A stretch of 64,000 nt of DNA from Bacillota bacterium (GTDB taxonomy: Bacteria > Bacillota > DTU025): positions 1-64,000 of the forward strand of contig JBMNJT010000005.1 of assembly GCA_050951805.1 (NCBI GenBank), in the 5' to 3' direction. The translations under genes and the position numbers were made by a program. Shown piece by piece: positions 27,382 through 37,043 of the stretch. Every line of letters begins with the position of its first letter. The stretch's first letter is position 1. The notes beneath the pieces are model-generated. The model searched no databases. It was not told the DNA's origin and saw only the letters and a list, made by a program, of their open reading frames with translations.

Positions 27382-28866
27382 TCAATGCTGCGCAGGCCAG
27401 GTTGGTTCTGCACTATTCCAGAACTCCTGCAATGCACTTTCCGCCCTACAAAACGCCGCGTAACCACGGTCATATCCATCACCGCGCACGCCCTCCGGGG
27501 TGAATACAGCGTCCGTGAGAACTACAACCTGAACAGCCTCTTTGATGCTGCTGAATACATTTGCAGCGGTTCCTGCCAGAATCGCTGCGCCCAGAAGTGT
27601 GCCTTCCTTCACCTTCATGCTTGCCACCGGCAGATTGAGCACATCAGCCTTCATCTGCAACCAACCTCGGTGCCTTGCGCCGTTCCCTACAGCCCTAACA
27701 TCCACCGCTTTCATCGAATCCTGCCACGCCTCCATGCTCTGGCGCATGGCATAGGCACAGCCTTCCAAAACAGCACGGATCATGTGGCAAGAATCATGCT
27801 CCGGTCGCAGTCCAAGAAAAGCGCCTGTCGCCCTTGTAACCGCAACGGGGCTGCGTTTGCCGACGAAATATGGCAGAAACACCAAGCCAGACGCTCCAGG
27901 TTCTGAGCAATCGAGCGCTTCAGCGACCGTGTCCCTCCAGTCGAGCTTGCTTGAGTACACTTCTGGGTAGAGAACAGACATGGCCCAGGCAAGGCATCCA
28001 CCACTGTAGGATATTGGGGAAACTATCAATCGCTCTCCGGGAATGACATGTTTTACAGTCTGTATGCTGCATCCATCAGGAGCCACTGCAGAAACGCATG
28101 TTGACGTGCCGGTTGAGTCGCATATTAGCCCAGGACTAGTCACCCCTGCGCCCAGAGCCTCGACGAACGCGTCGATGCTTCCCGCAGCAACCGGTATTCC
28201 TGAGGGAAGCCCCGTCTCGTCTGCAGCCTCGCGGGTTACCTCCCCAATGGCCTCCCACGGATCCACCACCCTCGGAAACAGCCTGGCTCCGGGGGCAGAT
28301 GAGGTAATATCACCTGTATCGTCTGAGTGCCACCTCATACACGACGCCGCAGAAGAATCGATACACGTCTCGCCTGTAAGCTTTAACCCCACGTAGTCCT
28401 TGGGCTGCAGCACCCGGGCATTCGCTTCTACCCCTCCGCCTCCAGAAGCGTCACACAGCTGCCTATCTATCCACTCTGCAGTGGCCTCGAAAGATGGTCC
28501 CCCTTGCGACTGACAGCTCAGGCCCATGAGTGGCCTCGTATCCATCCAGGTGATAATGTTGCTGAGTGGATCTCCGCCTCTGTTGATCGCCATAAGCGAC
28601 GGCCCATGTCCTGACAGACCCACGCCGGCCACGCTGCCCGCATCCCATCCCTGCAACGCCTCTCGTATGCACTGAGTCACAATGCGCCACAGCGCAGCAG
28701 GATCCTGTTCAGAGGCAGCCACGCCCACACCCCGGCCCGTTACATATGATTCCTTGGCGCGACGGTATGCCGCCCGATGGGTGCCGTCTGAACGCCACAG
28801 CAACACCTTGACTGCTGAGGTTCCTATGTCTATCCCCATGAGAGAAAAGTCATGCATCGCCATCAA
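27382..28866 (-). CDS. FGGY-family carbohydrate kinase (xylulokinase-like)
   Basis: GIDIGTSAVK, EQDP, ITWMDTR, GSIDA, STGTS, RAVLEG, QMKADVL. Confidence 0.9.
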   Translation of the reverse strand: MMAMHDFSLMGIDIGTSAVKVLLWRSDGTHRAAYRRAKESYVTGRGVGVAASEQDPAALWRIVTQCIREALQGWDAGSVAGVGLSGHGPSLMAINRGGDPLSNIITWMDTRPLMGLSCQSQGGPSFEATAEWIDRQLCDASGGGGVEANARVLQPKDYVGLKLTGETCIDSSAASCMRWHSDDTGDITSSAPGARLFPRVVDPWEAIGEVTREAADETGLPSGIPVAAGSIDAFVEALGAGVTSPGLICDSTGTSTCVSAVAPDGCSIQTVKHVIPGERLIVSPISYSGGCLAWAMSVLYPEVYSSKLDWRDTVAEALDCSEPGASGLVFLPYFVGKRSPVAVTRATGAFLGLRPEHDSCHMIRAVLEGCAYAMRQSMEAWQDSMKAVDVRAVGNGARHRGWLQMKADVLNLPVASMKVKEGTLLGAAILAGTAANVFSSIKEAVQVVVLTDAVFTPEGVRGDGYDRGYAAFCRAESALQEFWNSAEPTWPAQH

Positions 28867-29890
28867 CCTTCAGGAGTATTTTCAAAGATTCCCCTGAGGA
28901 CGCCATATCAAAAGCTTCTACCGCCTGATCTACATCGAATTCGTGCGTGATGACGCTCCCCGCATCTATCGCGCCTCCTGTCAGCATGGTCAATGCCGTG
29001 TGAAACTGCAGGGGCGTGAAGCCGAAACTCCCGGTAAGAATGACTTCGTCATAATGAAGGATGTGCGGATCTACAGTTAGCCGAGACCCACTTGGCAGTC
29101 CGCCGAAAATGTTGACTGTTCCTCCCTTTCTGACACATCCAAGAGCCGCATCCACTGCCTCAGTAGCTCCAACGCAGACAAATACCACGTCAGCACCGAT
29201 CCCGTCCGTCTGTTCCTTTGCCCATGCCGAAACGTCCGTTCCTGAACATGCAGGATCTATAACCACCGCCCCTCTTTCAGCAGCCTTATTCCTTCTGAAA
29301 CCATTGGGCTCGCTCACCAGAATCTTCGAAGCTCCCATTGCCTTACACAGCTCGAGCATTAGGAGGCCCATTGGCCCTGCCCCAATTATCATGACCGTAT
29401 CCGCCAGCCTCACACGAGAATCCTGCGCAGCATTCACACAGCAGGCAAGTGGTTCAGCAAGGCACGCCAGTTTGATGTCTTCTTCTGACGGAATGTGGAA
29501 CGTCCCCTTGCTGACGACTTCGGCAGGAATCCTTACGTACTCCGCAAAGGCCCCCTCGATAAAACCCTTGTTAGTGCAAAGTTCCTCTCTGCCACTGCGG
29601 CAATAGGCGCAGCCGTAGCATGGGACATACGGGGCAACTGCTACCATATCGCCAACGGCAATGTCCGGCTTTACAGGCTCGCCTGCGATCTCCACTATTC
29701 TTCCGACCACTTCATGGCCGAGGATGCACGGAGGGGTAAACATGTGGTGCCCGCGCTTGTATGTCTTGACATCCGTCCCGCAGAGCCCGCAATAGGAGAC
29801 CCCAAGCAGCACGTCGCCCTCCTCGAGAACCGGATCATCTACGTTCTCCACACGAAGATCGCCAGGGCCGTGGTACACAACTGCTTTCAC
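28850..29890 (-). CDS. Zn-dependent polyol/sugar dehydrogenase (MDR family)
   Basis: CGTD, GHE, CYGCAYCRSGREELC, EPLAC, GAGPMG. Confidence 0.92.
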   Translation of the reverse strand: MKAVVYHGPGDLRVENVDDPVLEEGDVLLGVSYCGLCGTDVKTYKRGHHMFTPPCILGHEVVGRIVEIAGEPVKPDIAVGDMVAVAPYVPCYGCAYCRSGREELCTNKGFIEGAFAEYVRIPAEVVSKGTFHIPSEEDIKLACLAEPLACCVNAAQDSRVRLADTVMIIGAGPMGLLMLELCKAMGASKILVSEPNGFRRNKAAERGAVVIDPACSGTDVSAWAKEQTDGIGADVVFVCVGATEAVDAALGCVRKGGTVNIFGGLPSGSRLTVDPHILHYDEVILTGSFGFTPLQFHTALTMLTGGAIDAGSVITHEFDVDQAVEAFDMASSGESLKILLKVDGDA

Positions 29891-29892
29891 CG

Positions 29893-30651
29893 CTATCGTC
29901 CCTCCTTGCAGGAGCAATCTCCGTGGACAATGCTGTATAGCTCTTTGACCTTTGCTACCGGATCATCAGCCTGGAACACGTTGCGACCAAAAGCTATTCC
30001 CGCAGCCCCAGCTGACATGGCGCGGCGAACTACACTATTGGGATCCTCTACCTTAGGACCGCCTGCTATGACAATCGGGACTCTGCACGCCCTGACTATC
30101 TCCTCAAAGCCCTCGGCTGTGCAGTATGTCTTTATCGCATCCGCGCCCAGTTCGTATCCGACTCGTGCGCACACGCTTATCCATTCTGGATCGAAACTGT
30201 GCGCCGGATCGCACGGGATAACCTCGGCAAGAACGGGAATCCCGAAAACGTGTGCCTCAGAGACTACCTGGCCCATGATTTCGAACATTTCCTGCTCATA
30301 ATCGGAACCAACCAAAAGCATGATGCAGATGGCGTCGGCGCCAAGCCGACATGCTTCCTCCACCGAGCAGACCAGAGTGTGGAATGCGGGGTTCGGGCTG
30401 AATTTGGTGGAGCCTCCCGTCACCCTGACCACAAGGCCCGTCTTCCCTGCGAAGCTCTCCCATTCCGTGGCGGCTAAGCCCGGATTGACCAGTATGGCGT
30501 CGCACCCTCCTTCGACCACTTTTCTGACTGCCGCAGAGGGATCATACAGTCCCTTGACCGGTCCCATGAAACCTCCAAAATCGAGTGGGCATATGACCGC
30601 CTTCCCGTCCTCTCCGAATATCCGCCGAAGCCTAACATCTATTCCAGCCAT
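29893..30651 (-). CDS. class I aldolase, DhnA/FbaB/LsrF family
   Basis: SVEEACRLGADA, ELGADAIKT (Schiff-base Lys), PIVIAGGPK, GRNVFQ. Confidence 0.88.
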   Translation of the reverse strand: MAGIDVRLRRIFGEDGKAVICPLDFGGFMGPVKGLYDPSAAVRKVVEGGCDAILVNPGLAATEWESFAGKTGLVVRVTGGSTKFSPNPAFHTLVCSVEEACRLGADAICIMLLVGSDYEQEMFEIMGQVVSEAHVFGIPVLAEVIPCDPAHSFDPEWISVCARVGYELGADAIKTYCTAEGFEEIVRACRVPIVIAGGPKVEDPNSVVRRAMSAGAAGIAFGRNVFQADDPVAKVKELYSIVHGDCSCKEGR

Positions 30652-31660
30652 TATTGACGCGTCTCCTTTCCCTTACAGCCACAAGAATCACCGTGAGTTC
30701 TTCAAAATTCAGGTTGTTGACTTCTTCGACAGTACGCACCCATTCTTCCGGGAACGCCCCAATGCCGCGGTAAGCGCCTGACAAGGCCCCCACCATCGAT
30801 GCAAGAGTATCTGTGTCGCCTCCCATGTTTGCGGCCGCTGGCACAGTCCTCTGCGGATCGCCTTCGTGCAGAGCGAAGAGACCTATGGCCGTCGGCACCA
30901 GCTCTGTGGGATCCATTCCAACCCCGCACGTCGTGTAAAGCTGGTCCTCCGCCTCTGCCGCATCCCTGCTCTCGCGCACAATCCTGAGTGCGAGTTCAAT
31001 ACGAGCGCTCACCAGTGTACCCGCCCACTCGATTCCGAGGCGTTCCCCATGCCGGGCGCCAAACACGGTGGCATCGATCACCTCGTCCAGCGACTCTGCA
31101 ACAAGAGCAGCCGCTACACCGCAGCAGATTGCAGACGCCCCTGCAATAGCTATGTTCACACCGTGCGTCGGCAGGCACGACATATAGCACTCTTCAGCCG
31201 CACTTTCCAAGTTGGGGGAATTGACTATCCCGATTGGCGCAACGCGCATAGCAGCTCCGACGGTGTTCCCGGATGACCCCGTCACCCGAGGTTCTTCACC
31301 CGCCTTAAGCCTCTCCAAAGCTCTGCGCGAACTAGGCCCTAGCACCGATGATTCGTAGGCGTTACACTGCTGGGCCCATCGCAAATATGCGGCGGCAGCA
31401 ACCTCCGGAGTTATCCTATCGTGCCTTTCCAGTGCCTCGATGATCGCGATCGTCTGTTCCGTGTCGTCGGTGATGCAACCTCCGGCCATGCCGGCGTGGA
31501 TGTGTCCTTCATGGGGAACGCAGAATCCCTCTATCCTCCCATATACATCGCGAATCTCTTCACGCGTCATGAACTCCGACGGCATTCCCATTGCGTCCCC
31601 TATGGCAACTCCCGCAAGGGTGCCTGCTACTCTGCTTGGATCCAAGCTACCTCTCTGCAT
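30632..31660 (-). CDS. ADP-ribosylglycohydrolase family protein
   Basis: GDAMGMPSE, TDDTEQT, GAAMRVAP, PTH, GGDTDTLASMVGA. Confidence 0.92.
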   Translation of the reverse strand: MQRGSLDPSRVAGTLAGVAIGDAMGMPSEFMTREEIRDVYGRIEGFCVPHEGHIHAGMAGGCITDDTEQTIAIIEALERHDRITPEVAAAAYLRWAQQCNAYESSVLGPSSRRALERLKAGEEPRVTGSSGNTVGAAMRVAPIGIVNSPNLESAAEECYMSCLPTHGVNIAIAGASAICCGVAAALVAESLDEVIDATVFGARHGERLGIEWAGTLVSARIELALRIVRESRDAAEAEDQLYTTCGVGMDPTELVPTAIGLFALHEGDPQRTVPAAANMGGDTDTLASMVGALSGAYRGIGAFPEEWVRTVEEVNNLNFEELTVILVAVRERRRVNNGWNRC

Positions 31661-32678
31661 AACGCAGGAACTCCTCCAATTCTTCACTAGTGGGCATCGC
31701 CTCCCTGGCCCCAGTTTTCTGGATGGCCAGCGCTGCGCAGGCATTGCCCCGCTCAAGGCACTCGACTATATCAAAGCCCCGCAGCAGACCTGTGATGAAT
31801 CCCGCGGCAAAGGAATCACCGGCCCCAGTTGTGTCGACAACATTGGTAACACGGAAGGACTCTGCGCGCAACACAGTGTTGGTACCTCTACCATTGCTCG
31901 AGCCATTCACCATGTCATGGGCTACGTCGCCTGCCCGACCATTCCAAGAGCTGCCATACCAAGGACTTCGTCCAGCCCCGCGGGAGTGGCATTCCGATCC
32001 ATCGGAGCCCAGGGTAACAATGACGTTGCGGACGCCGCTCTCAAGCAGCCGCCCTGCACCCTCGGTATGCGAGGGACACGATGTGACGGCATCGAGCTCT
32101 CCGCGGGAGAGCAGAACATAGTCACATTCCTTCAGCAGCTGATAGAGTGTCGCGCTGTCGATCCATGAGATCCCGCCTCCGGGGCCATAGACGACAGTGA
32201 CGCCATACGACCTCGCAAGTTGGATGGCCCGAGCAGCTACGTCCGGCAACACCTCACCGATGTAAAGGATCTCCGCACCCTCCATGGCCACGTCCTCAAA
32301 CTCGTCCGGTTCCTGCAAAATAGCCTCGCCGCCAAGGGAATAGATGACCCTTTCGCCCCTTCTATCCACAGCAATTATGGTCTGGGCGGTCCTACCCCCC
32401 TCGATCTCCGCAAGCCACCTCACATCCACACCATCAGCTTCAAAAGCCCGCCGCAATCTACGGCCATTGTCGTCATTACCAACCCTGCCCACGAACCTAG
32501 ACCGATAGCCTAGCCGACCGATTCCTGCTGCGATATTCGCAGTTGACCCTCCTGGGAAAAAGCAGACCTCCCCTTCAGCAAATACCATCTCATCCGGCTC
32601 GGGCAGCTTACTCACGGAAAACACCATGTCCATCGCAGCAGCGCCGAGAGAGACTACAACACCATCCGTTCGGCCCAT
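31647..32678 (-). CDS. PfkB/ribokinase-family carbohydrate kinase
   Basis: GGSTANIA, VGNDDNG, VTLGSDG, DTTGAGDSFAAG. Confidence 0.92.
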   Translation of the reverse strand: MGRTDGVVVSLGAAAMDMVFSVSKLPEPDEMVFAEGEVCFFPGGSTANIAAGIGRLGYRSRFVGRVGNDDNGRRLRRAFEADGVDVRWLAEIEGGRTAQTIIAVDRRGERVIYSLGGEAILQEPDEFEDVAMEGAEILYIGEVLPDVAARAIQLARSYGVTVVYGPGGGISWIDSATLYQLLKECDYVLLSRGELDAVTSCPSHTEGAGRLLESGVRNVIVTLGSDGSECHSRGAGRSPWYGSSWNGRAGDVAHDMVNGSSNGRGTNTVLRAESFRVTNVVDTTGAGDSFAAGFITGLLRGFDIVECLERGNACAALAIQKTGAREAMPTSEELEEFLRYAER

Positions 32679-32679
32679 T

Positions 32680-33513
32680 CTAGAGCGCCCCCATTTTGTA
32701 CACGCAAAGCAGTACTATGCTTGCCGCTAAGGCCCCGATTGACAAGACAACCATCAACCAATCAGGCCAATGCATGTGGTACGGCCTGATCAATGTGAAG
32801 TTCTCGCTGTATCCAAATGCCCGAGATTCCATGGCTAATGCCATCGTATCAGCCATGGAAAGCGCATTGGCGAACAGCGGAATCAGCATGCTAGTGGTCT
32901 TGCTCACCTTCTGGGTGAAGGATCCTGAATCGAAGTCAACGCCTTTCGATCTCTCCGCGTCCCTCAAGGTGGCCATCTGCATCTGGATCACCGGCACGAA
33001 CTTTGAGGCCGCTGAGACCACGAATCCAGATTTGTAGGAAAAAAACGGGATGCGCACAATGATCTGCACTACTTCCGACGGCGATGTTACATATCCAAAT
33101 ACCGATATTACAATCAGGACCACGAATACTTTGAGCGCCATCCCGACTCCATAGAGGAATCCGCCAATCCGTATCGGGGCTGCCGGGTTAACCCCAGGAA
33201 TCCAGCCTGGCACCAAGTGGAACAACACCCGCTCCGGGTAAGCAAGGTTGGCAGCTTTGGGTACATACGTAGCCCCCTGAACCAGCGTGATTATTGCCGT
33301 GATGACAAGCAGGAACAAAAAGGTCCCTTTCATCTTCGCCCAGGGGAATTCTCCCATACAGCCAATGACGACAGTCACCAACCCCAGTGCAGCCAAATAG
33401 ACCGGGTTGGTCCAGATGATGCTTATGACTATCGTGGCAATCAACCAGATGAACTTGGCTCTGGGATCGAGATTGTGTATAGACGTTTGCTTGCTTTCGT
33501 ACTCGACAATCAC
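32680..33513 (-). CDS. ecfT: ECF transporter transmembrane (T) component
   Basis: HNLDPRAK, AERSKG, AMESRAF. Confidence 0.9.
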   Translation of the reverse strand: MIVEYESKQTSIHNLDPRAKFIWLIATIVISIIWTNPVYLAALGLVTVVIGCMGEFPWAKMKGTFLFLLVITAIITLVQGATYVPKAANLAYPERVLFHLVPGWIPGVNPAAPIRIGGFLYGVGMALKVFVVLIVISVFGYVTSPSEVVQIIVRIPFFSYKSGFVVSAASKFVPVIQMQMATLRDAERSKGVDFDSGSFTQKVSKTTSMLIPLFANALSMADTMALAMESRAFGYSENFTLIRPYHMHWPDWLMVVLSIGALAASIVLLCVYKMGAL

Positions 33514-35294
33514 TTTTGGGACACCTCTGCATTCGTCCTTGATGATTCTAAGAGCCTATACGCCGCCTCTTGCGGGGTCAGGCACACCTCGCCCCACAGG
33601 GCATCAGACAAGTCGGCAATCGCAGGCCTTCGCAAATACGCTTGTTCCATCAGTTGGGGCTGTGAGAAGATCTCACGCGGAGTTCCTTCACCGATCACAC
33701 GTCCATTCGCCATGACCACAACTCGCCTGGCATACAGACTGACTATGTTCATGTCGTGGGTGATTATCAGTATGGTCTTGCCCTTCTCCTTACGGAGCTT
33801 CTCCAGGTAGTCAAGTATCTGAAGAGACTCCAGCCAGTCAAGGCCAGTAGTCGGCTCATCCACGATGAGTATACGAGGTTCCATAGCCACGACAGACGCC
33901 AGGGCAAGTCTCTGCCTTTCTCCCTTGGTGAGGTAACGCGGCCATACTTGCCTGTACTTGTCGAGACCTATGTCGAGAAGAATGTCGCGCACTGCCTGCT
34001 CCATTCTGTCCTTATCCATGCCGATATTTGACGGCCCAAATCTCAGTTCATCCTCGACGGTGGTACAAAAAAGCTGCTCGTCCGGGTTCTGGAATACGTA
34101 GCCAACCATAGGACATAGCTTCGTTGTCGATTCATTCAAGATTGACTCGCCGAAAAGGCGTATGTCTCCTGATGAAGGCCTAAGCAGTCCGTTCAGATGC
34201 CTCGTTAGAGTGGTCTTCCCCGCTCCATTCTGCCCGACGATGGCCACGAATTCTCCCGAATCCACCTTCAGGTTTACGCCATTTAACGCCTTAGCTCCCA
34301 TCGGATACTTGAACTCAAGATCGATCACTTCCACTGCAGGCGACACACCATCAAATGACGTCGTCAACGCGCCAGGCTGAATTTTGTTTCCACTGCTCCC
34401 AGAGATGGACTGATCATTTGCCAGGCCAGTCTCCACACCTGCAGCCGGTTGCCAGGCTCCGCGCTCTACCACAGAGATGGCTTCTTCCACTGAAAAAGGC
34501 GCCTCGGCAGATCCTATCAAGTCTCCAAACTCGACTATGTGAGGTACCCTCACGCCAGCTGACTTGAGATCGTTAACACTGCCGAAGACCTCCCGCGGCG
34601 TACCCCCCAAAACAAACTTGCCCGACTTCATGACGTACACCCGGTCCGCCAGCTGAAGTATGTCATCTACCTCTTGCTCTATTAGAATGATGGTCATCCC
34701 GAGCGACTTGTTGAGGTGCCGCACTATCGAGAAGACGCGAGCCTTCCCCTCCGGATCCAGCATGGATGTGGGTTCGTCGAGCACCATTATCTTGGGCAAC
34801 ATTGCATAGACTCCCGCAATCGCTGTCGCCTGCTTCTGCCCGCCGGAGAGACGATGCGGGGCCCTTTGCTCCAAACCCTTGAGCCTCATATTCTCAATGG
34901 CTCTGTTTACTCGGCCCATGATCGTGTCATAATCGAACCCAAGGTTAGCCGGCCCAAACGCCACGTCTTCTTCTACTGTCATTCCAAAAAGCTGCGTATC
35001 CGGATCGCCAAAAACCAATCCTACCTTGGACGCCATCTGCGCAGTGCCTACCTCGTTAGGCACCTGGCCGTCAACGACGACTTCCCCGGTAAGCTCCCCC
35101 TCGAGAAACCGCGGGACTGTGCCGTTGATGACACACGCAAGAGTGCTCTTGCCCGCACCGGTAGGCCCCAGTATTGCTACGCACTCGCCCTCTTTGACAT
35201 CAAGCGAAACACCTTTTATAGCTTGTCTTTTCGATCCTTTGTAGGCAAAAGTCACGTCCTTAAGCGAGACAATGGTGGGCGCCAACTGCAACAC
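33510..35294 (-). CDS. ECF transporter double-domain ATPase
   Basis: two Walker A motifs (GPTGAGKST, GQNGAGKTT), LSGGQKQ, DEPT twice, FQNPD. Confidence 0.93.
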   Translation of the reverse strand: MLQLAPTIVSLKDVTFAYKGSKRQAIKGVSLDVKEGECVAILGPTGAGKSTLACVINGTVPRFLEGELTGEVVVDGQVPNEVGTAQMASKVGLVFGDPDTQLFGMTVEEDVAFGPANLGFDYDTIMGRVNRAIENMRLKGLEQRAPHRLSGGQKQATAIAGVYAMLPKIMVLDEPTSMLDPEGKARVFSIVRHLNKSLGMTIILIEQEVDDILQLADRVYVMKSGKFVLGGTPREVFGSVNDLKSAGVRVPHIVEFGDLIGSAEAPFSVEEAISVVERGAWQPAAGVETGLANDQSISGSSGNKIQPGALTTSFDGVSPAVEVIDLEFKYPMGAKALNGVNLKVDSGEFVAIVGQNGAGKTTLTRHLNGLLRPSSGDIRLFGESILNESTTKLCPMVGYVFQNPDEQLFCTTVEDELRFGPSNIGMDKDRMEQAVRDILLDIGLDKYRQVWPRYLTKGERQRLALASVVAMEPRILIVDEPTTGLDWLESLQILDYLEKLRKEKGKTILIITHDMNIVSLYARRVVVMANGRVIGEGTPREIFSQPQLMEQAYLRRPAIADLSDALWGEVCLTPQEAAYRLLESSRTNAEVSQK

Positions 35295-35297
35295 CTC

Positions 35298-35948
35298 TTA
35301 CATCTTGAAACTTTCATCCTCAGGCTCTACGAGCTCTTCAACATCGCTCTTTTCGTGCGTCTGAGCACTCTTCAGCGCCTGGGCTACGGTCAAACCAACG
35401 GCCGCATTCACGGCCGATCCGATCAGCTGAGACGGAAGAAGAGCAACCATCAGAGCTGGGCCAATCATGACTACCCATGGGCCTAGACAGGTGATCGTGT
35501 TTACCACTGTGCCGACGATTATCGCCAACACAATATTGGTTTTTTTGGCTACGAAAACTCCGATCGTGACCGTGAAAGCCATCGCACACACGTATATCGG
35601 GACCATCGGCAACCAGCTGGCAAAGCCCCCCAGGGCATTTGCTAGGAAACACCCTATGGCAGCTACAGTGGCACCTATAGGCCATCCAAAATACGAAGCT
35701 GCAAAATAGCCAGCAGCAGCATCAAGAGCAATCGTGGTAGCAGGTCCAGGTATCTTGATCATCGCTCCTGCCCCTGATACTGCGGCCAGTATTGTGACTC
35801 GAGAGATTGTGCGCGTATCCCAAACCACCTTGTGTTCCTCCGGATATTGCTTGGTCAGTATGTCTCCGGCTAGCTTCATCAGAAGCAAGTAGCAAATTGC
35901 CAATGCGTATGAGACCCCGAGACCCACAGCTCCTTGTCCAAGCGGCAT
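35298..35948 (-). CDS. ECF transporter substrate-specific (S) component
   Basis: IKIPGPATTIALDAAAGYFAA pattern; hydrophobic; directly upstream of ECF A and T genes. Confidence 0.8.
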   Translation of the reverse strand: MPLGQGAVGLGVSYALAICYLLLMKLAGDILTKQYPEEHKVVWDTRTISRVTILAAVSGAGAMIKIPGPATTIALDAAAGYFAASYFGWPIGATVAAIGCFLANALGGFASWLPMVPIYVCAMAFTVTIGVFVAKKTNIVLAIIVGTVVNTITCLGPWVVMIGPALMVALLPSQLIGSAVNAAVGLTVAQALKSAQTHEKSDVEELVEPEDESFKM

Positions 35949-35963
35949 TTTTTCGGGAGCGGG

Positions 35964-36200
35964 TGTCTAACTTTTAGACTGGCCCCGTCTAGATTTTAGC
36001 CACTTGAAGCTCTAAGGCAATCTTGGGCAGGGATGATCCAGCATGCCTTGCCATAAGGACCCAGTTTCCGGAGATAAATTACTATGCGGAAGTGCATACA
36101 CCCATATATTGGATTGGAGCGCAGACAGGTGTCTGAGTTTTAGACCGCTACCGTCTATTCTTTGAACGCTTTGCGATCGCAAATGGCTAGAATTTAGACA
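35964..36200. repeat. five imperfect GTCTAA-N3-TTAGAC dyads (operator array or mobile-element-end remnant)
   Basis: copies start at 35965, 35987, 36131, 36153 and 36185; two pairs each spaced 22 bp. Confidence 0.7.
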
Positions 36201-36446
36201 AACCTGCTCGCCCGCACGGCACTTCCCTGGGCTTCTACCGAAGGCTAAACAGACCCCGGCTAAGTCTGTCTACCTAACTACGAGGCCGTCCTAACCGGGT
36301 TGTCTTCCCGCTCATCGGGCAGGCAGCTCAACAGACATATTGGGCAAACACGCAAACATCCCCGGAGCCGCTGCCCCGGGGATGTTCTATCAACATCTTT
36401 CCGTTGTTCAACTACAGCCAATTGCGCTGTCTACAACCCGTGTATG

Positions 36447-37037
36447 CTACGCAACGACAATGCCACGCAGCGTTATGCCCTTCACTCCATGGAGAACACG
36501 TTCTGCCCACATCTCGTCTCCGATTCCTGTGGCCCATCCCAAGGCCGCTGTGGCAAGAGATGACACAATCGATTGTGTTATAGCATCAGTGTCTACGTTG
36601 TCGATACGGCCCATAGATTTACCCCTTGCTACTACGTCTTCTATGATGTCGACGAACCTGTGCCAATAAACGACCACGTCACTTGCCCACTCTCGCCCCG
36701 GGGCCAATGCTTCCTTAAACAGCAGGTACATGAAGTCGTCGAAAGTCTGAGCATAGTCTATCAGCGCGTCAAATATGGCGCTGAGCTGCTCCACAGGATC
36801 AGTGCTGCGCAAGGTTGCTCCCTCAACGTCCTCTATTAAGGCATCGAGTCCGTTTTCGATGATAGCGGAAAACAGATTGCTCTTGCTCTTGAAATGGTAG
36901 TAGACAGTGCCCTTAGCCACCCCTGCCTCCAAGGCTATCTGATCCATGGATGCAGCATCATATCCCTTTTCGGCGAATACACGCACTGCCGTGCGGCATA
37001 TGATGCCCCGTGTTCCCATTCCGTAGCATTGTGTCAC
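36447..37037 (-). CDS. TetR/AcrR family transcriptional regulator
   Basis: FAEKGYDAASMDQIALEAGVAKGTVYYHFKSK. Confidence 0.93.
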   Translation of the reverse strand: MTQCYGMGTRGIICRTAVRVFAEKGYDAASMDQIALEAGVAKGTVYYHFKSKSNLFSAIIENGLDALIEDVEGATLRSTDPVEQLSAIFDALIDYAQTFDDFMYLLFKEALAPGREWASDVVVYWHRFVDIIEDVVARGKSMGRIDNVDTDAITQSIVSSLATAALGWATGIGDEMWAERVLHGVKGITLRGIVVA

Positions 37038-37043
37038 AACAAC

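Noticed and set aside
35964-36200. CRISPR array
   Set aside because: Repeats are 15 bp, degenerate and irregularly spaced; no cas genes
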